From Phoronis australis (lineage: Eukaryota > Animalia > Phoronida): a stretch of 64,000 bases of DNA. Below the pieces are notes generated by a model. That model saw only the letters and a list, made by a program, of their open reading frames with translations, ran no database searches and was not told the DNA's origin. Shown here one piece after another: positions 12,101-24,100 of this stretch (positions within the stretch are counted from its first letter, which is position 1; the number at the start of each line of letters is the position of its first letter). A program made the translations under genes and the position numbers. The stretch spans positions 47,235 to 111,234 of the forward strand of contig NMRA01000830.1 in the NCBI GenBank assembly GCA_002633005.1, read 5' to 3'.

Positions 12101-15100
12101 NNNNNNNNNNNNNNNNNNNNNNNNNNNNNNNNNNNNNNNNNNNNNNNNNNNNNNNNNNNNNNNNNNNNNNNNNNNNNNNNNNNNNNNNNNNNNNNNNNNN
12201 NNNNNNNNNNNNNNNNNNNNNNNNNNNNNNNNNNNNNNNNNNNNNNNNNNNNNNNNNNNNNNNNNNNNNNNNNNNNNNNNNNNNNNNNNNNNNNNNNNNN
12301 NNNNNNNNNNNNNNNNNNNNNNNNNNNNNNNNNNNNNNNNNNNNNNNNNNNNNNNNNNNNNNNNNNNNNNNNNNNNNNNNNNNNNNNNNNNNNNNNNNNN
12401 NNNNNNNNNNNNNNNNNNNNNNNNNGCACAATTTTTGAAGTAACTGCAATTACACAAAAACGATATTTTCATCTTTGACATGCTTGTAGATATTTTTAAT
12501 ATTAGAGCAACTTTTTGAGACTCGAACCATTGCCAAATTTTGGCAAGAATCTTCATCAAATTTGGTAAATAGTGAAAGCCAACGTAAACAAAATAAAACA
12601 GTCAGTAGTGGGCATCAACGAAGTTGGATTTAAAGACAGCTTGTGCTCATTATCATGCGACTCTGATGTGTTGTGAATCATCAAATGACTTGTGACACTT
12701 ACGCTGAACAAACCATGCTAAAACAAAGCATTTGTTGAGAATCCAAAACGTTTACGGATAGTGCTATACCAGACTACATTGAGCATAATTATAACAACTA
12801 ATGTACCATTATATTTGTGACCACCTTCCATTATTGTGGAAACTATATACTAATAAACAGAACATTCTCAGCTCTATGTGTATAGGACCATTAGACATGC
12901 TTCTTTCCTCTAATGTCTTTGTCTCTTATTACTTACCTGCTTTGATCTACTGACATTGGAGATAAGTTGATGGATTATGCAGCCTGCATTGATCAGATAA
13001 GAGATAAAGACATTTGTTGTGTCTGGGTGGAATAAAGGATATGTTACATGCAATGATCTTGTAATACGTGGTCTTAAATTATAAGGACTACAGACACAAC
13101 ACATTTTGCGATTGGAGGGGGTAACTACATCCCATGGTGGCTTAGAATTTGCAGGTGGGTCCACCCATTACACGATTCCACCCATAGCATGAGTGCACCC
13201 ATAGCACGAGTCCACCCATAGCACGAGTCCACCCATAGCACTTCCACCCATAGCATGAGTCCACCCATAGCATGAGTCCACCCATAGCATGAGTCCACCC
13301 ATAGCATGAGTCCACCCATAGCATGAGTCCACCCATAGCATGAGACCACCCTATATTTTAATTAGTAATCAAAACTTTATACCGCACATATCAATCAGGA
13401 ACCTTCGCTTTATCATAAAGTCTGGGCATCATACATGCACAATGAACATTCACCATTTCAAGTGCTGGTTTGCAGGCACAGGGCCCTATCTTTAAGATGT
13501 TGTGCTTGGTTGATGGAAGTTAGAGACTGATGCAGAGTCTTTACCAAAAATCAAGTAGAATGTTTTACAGATGGCCTACACATTGAGTACCAACTTGACA
13601 GTTTACAAAGTTGCAAATGAATGTTAGTTGCGTAGCAATTGTTCATAAAATGTTATAAGAAGACAAGAGCAACATGTACAAAATAATGTAATAGCACGAG
13701 CTGCATTACTTGTATTCCTTGTAATTGTATACGTCATAATGAATAACCTTATTTCACCTAACTCGGTCTCCTTGCCATCTCTGGTAAAGAGCTTGTGACG
13801 CACGTATCATTAAGATGTTATTCGGAACATATGTTGATCATATGTAATTCAGACATTCTTGTTGTCCCTTTAATACTTTAAAGTACTGAGCACATCCATG
13901 ACAGCTTGTGTCAAGTTTGAAGTAATGCTTAATGATTTTTCCTAACTCNNNNNNNNNNNNNNNNNNNNNNNNNNNNNNNNNNNNNNNNNNNNNNNNNNNN
14001 NNNNNNNNNNNNNNNNNNNNNNNNNNNNNNNNNNNNNNNNNNNNNNNNNNNNNNNNNNNNNNNNNNNNNNNNNNNNNNNNNNNNNNNNNNNNNNNNNNNN
14101 NNNNNNNNNNNNNNNNNNNNNNNNNNNNNNNNNNNNNNNNNNNNNNNNNNNNNNNNNNNNNNNNNNNNNNNNNNNNNNNNNNNNNNNNNNNNNNNNNNNN
14201 NNNNNNNNNNNNNNNNNNNNNNNNNNNNNNNNNNNNNNNNNNNNNNNNNNNNNNNNNNNNNNNNNNNNNNNNNNNNNNNNNNNNNNNNNNNNNNNNNNNN
14301 NNNNNNNNNNNNNNNNNNNNNNNNNNNNNNNNNNNNNNNNNNNNNNNNNNNNNNNNNNNNNNNNNNNNNNNNNNNNNNNNNNNNNNNNNNNNNNNNNNNN
14401 NNNNNNNNNNNNNNNNNNNNNNNNNNNNNNNNNNNNNNNNNNNNNNNNNNNNNNNNNNNNNNNNNNNNNNNNNNNNNNNNNNNNNNNNNNNNNNNNNNNN
14501 NNNNNNNNNNNNNNNNNNNNNNNNNNNNNNNNNNNNNNNNNNNNNNNNNNNNNNNNNNNNNNNNNNNNNNNNNNNNNNNNNNNNNNNNNNNNNNNNNNNN
14601 NNNNNNNNNNNNNNNNNNNNNNNNNNNNNNNNNNNNNNNNNNNNNNNNNNNNNNNNNNNNNNNNNNNNNNNNNNNNNNNNNNNNNNNNNNNNNNNNNNNN
14701 NNNNNNNNNNNNNNNNNNNNNNNNNNNNNNNNNNNNNNNNNNNNNNNNNNNNNNNNNNNNNNNNNNNNNNNNNNNNNNNNNNNNNNNNNNNNNNNNNNNN
14801 NNNNNNNNNNNNNNNNNNGTAGATCGATTCATTGCAATGTTTCTCGTTTAGTATGTGGTATAAATAGATTATTACATGTTCTCAGTCGTTATCCTTCTTA
14901 TCTTGTGGATTTTGTAGAATTATCACCCTCGGGGCTGACGCCCCTCGGGCGATAATTCTCCAAAATCCACTCGGGCTCTAGATAACGGGGGATAACGACT
15001 TCGCCATGTAATAATCTATATATATTTTTCATACAGTCTGTGCGCAAATGCATTCACAGAGATCATTGAACTATGGTATCTTGTTTTCGTCTAACATATT

Positions 15101-18100
15101 TCTAGTGTATTATGCAAACAAGCTACATTTTACACCAATGGTTCAGTCATTTAAGCACAAATGTTGCCCAGTCTCAAGTGTTCTGTGTTATTTTTGCTGC
15201 CAGACAACGGCAGTAACGTTCAGACTTAGTTCGTATTTCTGCCACCAGGTTCACAATTTTTAAATTTCACTGTTTACAATTAGTCTACAACAGTGAAACA
15301 TGTAATGTGAGTGTACTATTGTTCAATACAATGATATTGATGGGACCATATTGCTTGTTTTACAAAAAAGACAGCAAAACTGTTGTTTGTACAAATATAA
15401 ATTCACTAAGCTCTTTGCTGATCATTATGTAACTTCAAACTCAAATTTCTCAAAAATGTGCAACTTTATACTATGTGGGAACTTTTTAGATTTTGAAAAC
15501 ACTCTAGTAAATGAATTGAAAAACACCAAAATCAAATTGCCCCCCCTAAAGTACTCACAAAAACCATTTTCTAGAGCCCTACAAATCCTGGCCCACCTTC
15601 TATTAAGAGTAATGTGCGCCTGAAGTTGGGTTCAGGCACAGCGTCACAGATCGGCATATAGGCTTAAATATCCGCATGTACGCCGTACGCGAACGATTTT
15701 TTTTCTATAGCATAGTTGCTATTTACACCAGCTGTCTCCCTAGACTTTCTGAGTGTTGCTGACCAACAGAAAACGCTCAGTTGATACCTCACCGTGCTCA
15801 AATATCGAGCTCAATTGGCTATTTTGTGATTGATTGGCGAATCAACTGTAACTACACAACTTTTTAAAAACTTATAAGAGGACAAAGCCTGTAAAATTAT
15901 TAGTCACCATTGTCTCATTTTCAGTCTAGTTCCCACTGCAGTTTTAATTTTGCCACTTTACGGATATTGTTATTTACTTCCGGTTCCGGTCTCGGCCAAT
16001 GAAGGCGTTCTAATTGGTCTTCTTGGGAATTTTGCCAATATTTTTGATAACTNGAACTTTCAAGGGAAACGATCATCAATTTTTGAAGACTAGACAACAG
16101 ACTGGCTAAAAAAAGAGAGGGGAAATTGAAGTACCGGTACATAGCACGTCAACAAAGTCTTGACTTTCTATTTCTGTATGCTTGCACTAACCAGTCCCTT
16201 GTCGTCATTGACATAATTATACTAATTGGTAACGAAATGGGAAAATACTCAAGTTTTGATTTAAGTCACACACTGTGCCAAGTTTGAGTATAAACTGCAG
16301 ATACCTAAAATTGCTTGGTGGAACACAATTTTACATTTAAGATAAAAGAGATAGTTCTGGTGTTTATCACGACTCTACTAAGATGGCGCAGAATACATCA
16401 AACCCGCATGGGGAGCGATTTCCGAAACAGAATGGTTTTGCAGGGTATTTGATTTCACCAGTCAACTTAAAATGCATTCCATTATCAACGCCACTTGAAA
16501 GTATTGATGTGAAAATCCTAACAGTAATTAGTTGATCAATGTGACAGTTGCGGAGCCGTTCCGCATGCGGAATGGTTCCGCAAACAATATTTTTGTGATC
16601 CTCACAAGTTTTAAAAATTTTTTCTTGCATATTTCCGTTGAAATATATTCTATTCTCAATAGTTTTTGAAAATATCAATGTGTCAACATAAAATTATCAG
16701 AATTTTTACCCTAACAATAATTAATGAATAAAAGTGACAGTTGCGGAACCGTTGCGCATGCGGAACCGTTCCACTTGTGGAAAAATTAATTATTGTTAGG
16801 GTAGAAATTCTTATACTTTTATGTTTAATGATTTTTGTACGTTAAGATTCGAATATTTCATAGCTTGTGTTCAGGTTCTACCAAAAGCGGTAAAATGGCA
16901 TAAACAAGATGTCAATTTCCCCCCCCCCGAGTCTGCTTGAGGTAGGCTTCTTCATCACAAACCATTCAGCAAGTTCCCCACTGATTAATCATTGCTCATG
17001 TTGACACATTGATATTTCCATATGCTATTGAGAATAGAGTATATTTCAACTGAAATGTGCAAAAAAAATTTTTAAAACTTGTGAGGATCACAAAAGTATT
17101 GTTTGCGGAAGGATGTTTTTAATTACCTAAAAGGGAAAAAATATATTTATTGTCTGCAAGACACACATTTTATAGAATCAGACCATGATATGATTAGGGC
17201 CCAGTGGGGCTTTGACATTNTTAGGATTGTCACATCGATACTTTCAAGTGGCATTGATAATGTAATGCATTTTAAGTTGATTGGTGAAATCAAATAGCCA
17301 GCAAAACCATTCTGCTTGGGAAATCGCTCCCCATACAGAACGGTTCCGCATGCGGAATGGTTCCGCAACTGTCACATTGATCAAGTAATTATTATTAGGA
17401 TTGTCACATTGATACTTTCAAGTGGTATTGATTATGGAATGCATTTTAACTTTATTGGTCATGAGAATTTAAAAAATTGTGTTCTCCAAAAAACTATTGT
17501 GTTTGCGTAACCGTTCAGCACGTGGAACCCTTCTGCAACCGTCACATTGATTAATATATTATTTAGAGTGGGCACATTATACTCTCAAGTACTATTGAGA
17601 ATGGAATGTAATTCATGTTTATTGGGCCGGGAGAAAATTAAAAATTTTAGTTCTGTGCTAAACTTTTCTGTTTGTGGAACCCTTCTGGAACTTTCACATT
17701 GATTTTTAAAAATAAATTATTAGTTTGATTATTATTCCACAAAATATACATAATATTTCTCAAGTCACAGTATTCCACAAAACTTGCGCAGTGCGTAATA
17801 CTCCGCAAAATCTGCGTAATATTCCGCAAAATCTGCGGAATATTCCGCAAAATCTGCGGAATATTCGGCAAGTCAAAAATTGAACTTCTAATTAAGAAAA
17901 TGCTAATTGAGGAAATAAAAATGTAACATTGTAAACATGTTTAGGGTAAGGTATAGATTTGTTACATACCATTTTTTATGACCCTAAGTGGATATTAAAA
18001 AAGTGCGGAACCGTTCCGCACACTTTGAGACTAAATAATATTGTCTCATTTGAGAAAATATCGCCTTAACTGAAAACGAGAACGTCATCTTTTGTTTAAT

Positions 18101-21100
18101 AGAATGCTATTTACTAGATTTCAAAGAAATCCTTCAAGCAATCAGGGAAACACTCGGCAGAGGAAAAAATGGAGTTACCAGTGGTATAGCGGGCACAACC
18201 ACTGCATGTCCTCATCATCTGTTGTCAACATCATATAATTATATAGCTAAATTTAATAAAGATCCTGTAGGGGGTTTAGGAGATATGGCCATGGGCCCAA
18301 AAGAAACAAAATGTATGCCTTGAGTAAAATGCCTTTGTCTTCAAATGACGGTCCGTAGCGAGTTCCGTGACAGTTGGCCGGTAAGTTTCCCCTTCTGTTT
18401 CACTTTACTCGGATTCCTCTGGCTTGAACATACACGGCGCTAATCCATCCAAACTTTGTTTCTACATTTTCTTAATCTTCCATTATGATTTCGCAGTACT
18501 TTTCATTGAACGTCCGTCCATTGCAAGGTACTATACTTTTCTAACCCAAGTGCGAAAAGTCTCGGGTCATTCTTTTTCATCATGCTGCGAGTGAGCCTTT
18601 CGCTTCGTTAAGATGTGTAACGCCGACTTACTCCCCGACATAATCCCGTAATTATCACAGAGCGACTACATATAAATTAATTCTCCGGTACACGCATTCC
18701 GCCAGGTTGTCGCCGTGGGTCCGACAAATCTCCATTCATTGCAAACCTGTCCCCCAATGCACGCAGGGACCCTGTTCGTTAAATCTGTTCGTTAAACCCC
18801 GACGTGTTTGTGAATAAGCATTTGATGTTAGACTGAGTAAGTGGTCCCCACCGAGAACGCGCTACTGTCTTCGGCTACTGATCAAGGGACAGTGAGTTGT
18901 AGGATATTACAGGCACGTGGAAGTGTCGAGATAAGTGTCGCATAGTATTTGAGCTTGGTTGTCTCTAACAGTTGTAATTTTGAAAATCTGTGAAATATGC
19001 ACCAGACACCATAAGGTAAGCTTCCTGTGGCAACGGACTGTTCGATACGTCTTGGGTACCAACGATGACGTCATTTGCGTCGATTAGAACGAACGCAACC
19101 TAAAGTTTTTTTCGGCGCTAAATGGGGTTCATGATGGGGTCGTACGATAGTAATTGGCGTAATTAGCTAATGCCAGGAGTAAAGGGAGGGATGATGTGTT
19201 TGTGTCGATCACTGATACATATATTTAACATGTTCAAAAGTCATTTGGCCATTATGTAGGGTCTTTAAGGAGGTGGCACAGTAGTCGAAATTGTTAGAAA
19301 ATCATCGTCAGCCGTCCTCTTCACACTAGAAACATAATATATCATCGTCAGCCGTCCTCTTCATACTAGAAACATAATATATCAACGTCAGCCGTCCTCT
19401 TCACACTAGAAACATAATATTACTTGCCAATTTACTCAATCATCCTTCGAGTGGTTTAGTTGATAGAGGGGCGGACGCCCAAATACAGAGTCGACTCAAA
19501 AACATTAAAAATTGGCCACAAGGTGGTACAGAGTACTTCGAATGCATCCGAAAATGGAAGGATAGCGTCATGTCACTAATAAATGCCCATCTACCAAATT
19601 TTACCAAAATCTGTTGAGGACCTTTGAAGACTTAGAGGTAAATGTAAAAACAAAATTGCCACTTAAAGGCGAACACCAGTAGTCGGATCCGTCTGGAAGT
19701 TTGTTTTTTCCAACCCATCTATAAAAGGAACACATGTGTAAAATATTTTGAACAAACGTAAAAGGGTTATGGAGATAGAGCCGTGGACGGAGGCCTGACA
19801 AATGCCGGATGACTGGACGGACGGACAGGTATGATGGCATAATGCGCCCAAACATAAAAATTTATAGGTGAGTGCATGAAAGTTAAAATTGAGAGCAGAG
19901 GGCACTGCAGCAATCGGGTTGGATAGAAACTCATTGTCAGCTCCGTATCAACATGTTGTCCAAATTTCATAACAATTTATCCCGTAAAGGGTGAAAATAC
20001 AACCCCCATGCAAAAAATAAACCTATCACTACGGGACTGCAGGCATAAAAACATCGGCCACGGTCTTCAAAACTGATTTGACAACATCAACAGGATTGGC
20101 ATGCAAGAGGACGAAAATGCGTGCCCTGTTTAACCGAGAGGATCAAGCAAAGTCCTCGGCACATCAAAAGGCTTAATGGCGTTGATTCGGATTTAATCAT
20201 AAATGCCATACACATAGCAAAAATAGTTTCAGACACTTGCATAAAATTACGAACTAGTCACAGTGCTGTACCAACGATTGAATAACAAGGCCGACTATGG
20301 CGTGCTGGGGAAAGTGTGTTTTAGTGGGTGTAATTAACTCTGGTAAACAAACAGTAAAAAAGGAACAATGAGCATTCAATATCAAATAATTGAATAATTT
20401 AAGCTAATAAAATATAAAAATAAATGCAGGCGGTCTGAAACATGTTGTACCAGACGTGTGCGGGCCACTCATGTAGGCCCGTTGCACTGATCAGCTGATT
20501 GAATTAAGTTGATATACAGTTAGAATATCTGGATAACGAAAATAAATTTAGAAGGAAACCATGATACCGGCAAGTAGTCTCCCGTGGACATCTGTGCTCC
20601 GGCGGGGCAAGATGAACGCATTAATTTAACTACCCGGGCCTTGAATGAGTGCAATTCCTACGACAAGGAGATTAAGTAATACTGCATCATGCTCCTAACA
20701 CTGCAATATTGTACCATCGCTGACATTCAACTCATTGACTGAAACTCATTACACTTACCTCCTCCCCCACGTTTCCGGTCAGAATTTTATATTTAGACAA
20801 CAGATGTAAAATGTAAGCTTTTGTCACTTTTTAAAAATATTTTCCCTAATAATTGAAAATCAAAGCCAGCAAGTGATTATTTTCTCAGCGAAAGGTCACA
20901 ACTGCAGGAAAATTACTTTGCAGGCTGGTTACTGTGTTTAGGCAGCAAAATCAAACACACGTGCGCATTACTGCAATTGAGGTGTGGAGCCCACTGTTTT
21001 GAGATGAAACTTGTTTTTGTTTGTTGAAAAATCGCCGTGTGTGGATTTTTTCTATTTCTTATTTTTAACAGCCAGTAAAGCCGGTGCCGATTTGCTGCCA

Positions 21101-24100
21101 AGTACGCACTGCGCTCACACGTTCGGGTAGTCACACTGCAATTGCTCTTTTGAGGCTGGTACTTTGGTTCAGTTTCACTATGTGGCGATAAAGATGGGCA
21201 TGGGCTGCCTTACAACATCTCTGGCTGCACTTTTTTATTGCCTTTCTAACCAGATTATCATTTTCTATCTTACTTAATATCTGTATTCATTATCTTTGCT
21301 TGTAATTGTATTAGTCTTAAAAAATGACCTTATATCGCCTACCTCGGTCTCCTCTTCTTCTCTGGTAACGAGCTTGCGACGCAAGTATCATTTATGTATA
21401 ATTCGGGAATTTGACGATCATAAAAAACATTTGCCGATCAATAATTGCTTTTTCCTCCAGTTAATTACCTAAACGGGTACTGTTGACGAAGTTTGTTGTA
21501 ATCTCACGGTGAGTCAGGGCTGACCTCAGTAGCCGAACATTGGCTGCGGGAGATGTGGCGTACTTACAAACTTATTATGCATTAAATACCATTTGTCATA
21601 TGCAAAGAACAGGTAAAATTCGGAAGTAAATAATCAAGTTTTCATAAAAAGAACCAAAACGAGAATCAAAAAACAACCAAACAATGCATTTACGCGCACG
21701 ATGATGTCAATAAGTTTTCAATGACAACAGGAGCGTCATTCAGGAATCATTCCAGAACTGATGCACAGGAACTCAGGTGATGGAAATAGATCTGGAATAG
21801 CCGATGATTTTCCGATCTCGGCCGAGCTACAAAATTGTGCTCAAAAAGGCTTTTAGTTTGATAACAGAAAGGATGTGAACATGATGACATGTTACATATG
21901 ACTTAATTTGATATATATGTTGAAGTTTTTGAACTAGATTGGCCTTTGAGATAAGGATTTTAACTCTTCCTATAGCATTAAGTATCATATTTAGCTCTTA
22001 ACTCCAAGTTTGTTTTCTTTTACCTGATACTTCAGTGGCACTATTGTTGTTGGTCTGACGTTTTGTTCTCTTTCGTTTACGGCGACGTCTAAATACAATT
22101 AATAAAACCATATTNTCAAAATTGAAAATTTGAACAGTTAGGGAGCATTACTCTGGATTGGATGAGCATGGTAAACAAAACAAGTATGAGATCTGTAACT
22201 TTCAACCACGCATGAATACAGGAAAGGTCAACCCTGTGTTGACAGTTGTTGACTTTCTGCACTTGAGAAGACTTACTTGGATAAATAGCTTTGTCTCTAT
22301 TTTTGCCAATATTGTAGTCCATGAGGCCGGCTATCAAGGCTGAGTAAGTATTATCACTGTGATCACCTTCACACAACTCCTGTGTGCACAATTTTTGAAG
22401 TAACTGGAATTACACGAAAATGATATTTTCATCTTTGACATGCTTGTAGATATTTTCAATATTAGAGCAACTTTTTGAGACCCGAACCATTGCCAAATTT
22501 TGGCAAGAATCTTCATCAAATTTGGTAAATAGTGAAAGCCAACATAAACAAAATAAAACAGTCAGTAGTGGGCATCAACGAAGTTGGATTTAGAGACAGC
22601 TTGTGCTCATTATCATGCCACTCTGATGTTTTGTGAATCATCAAAAGACTTTTGACACTTACGCTGAACAAACTATGCTAAAACAAAGCATTTGTTGAGA
22701 ATCCAAAATGTTTACGGATAGTGCTATACCAGACTACATTGAGCATAATTATAACAACTAATGTACCATTATATTTGTGACCACCTTCCATTATTGTGGA
22801 AACTAAATACTAATAAACAGAACATTCTCAGCTCTATGTGTATAGGACCATTGGACATGCTTCTTTCCTCTAATGTCTTTGTCTTTGTTTCTTATTACTT
22901 ACCTGCTTTGATCTACTGACATTGCAGATAAGTTGATGGATTATGCAGCCTGCATTGATCAAATAAGAGATAAAGACATTTGTTGTGTCTGGGTGGAATA
23001 AAGGATATGTTACATGCAATGATCTTGTAATAAGTGGTCTTAAATTACAAGGACTACAGACACAACACATTTTGCGATTGGAGGGGGGAGCTAGATCCCA
23101 TGGTGGCTTAGAATTTGCAGGTGAGTCCACCCATTACATGAGTGCACCCATAGCATGAGTGCACCCATAGCATGAGTGCACCAATAGCATGAGTCCACCC
23201 ATAGCATGAGTCCACCCATAGCGTGAGTCCACCCATAGCATGAGTCCACCCNTATTCTGTTTGCGGAACCGTTCCGCATGTGGAACCCTTCTGCAACCGT
23301 CACATTGATTAATATATTATTGAGAGTGGGCACATTATAATCTCAAGTACTATTGAGAATGGAATGTAATTCATGTTTATTGGGCTGGGAGAAAATTAAA
23401 AATTTTAGTCCTGTGCTAAACTTTTTTGTTTGTGGAACCCTTCTGGTACTTTCACATTGATTTTTAAAAATAAATTATTATTTTGATTATTATTCCACAA
23501 AATATACATAATATTTCTCAAGTCACGGGAGTGCAGGCATAAAAACGTCGGCCACGGTCTTCACAACTGATTTGACAACATCAACAGGATTGGCATGCAA
23601 GAGGACGAAATTGCATGCCCTGTTTAACCCACAGGATCAAGCAAAGTCCTCGGCACATCAAAGGCTTAATGGCGTTGATTCGGATTTAATCATAAATGCC
23701 ATACACATAGCAAAAATAGTTTCAGACACTTGCATAAAATTACGAACTAGTCACAGTCATGTACCAACGATTGAATAACAAGGCCGACTATGGCAGGCTA
23801 GAGAAAGTGTGTTTTACTGGGTGTAATTAACTCTGGTAAACAAACAGTAAAAAAGGAACAATGAGCATTCAATATCAAATAATTGAATAATTTAAGCTAT
23901 AAAAATATAAAAATAAATGCAGGCGGTCTGAAACATGTTGTACCAGACGTGTGCGGGCCACTCATGTGGGCCCGTTGCACTGATCAGCTGATTGAATTAA
24001 GTTGATATACAGTTAGAATATCCGGATACCGAAAATAATTTAGAAGGAAACCATGGTACCGGCAAGTAGTCTCCCGCGGACATCTGTGCTCCGGCGGGGC

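Noticed and set aside
11677-14832. Long ORFs in the supplied track (also at 30328, 33259 and 38579)
   Set aside because: They run through N gaps or the 17-bp minisatellite.
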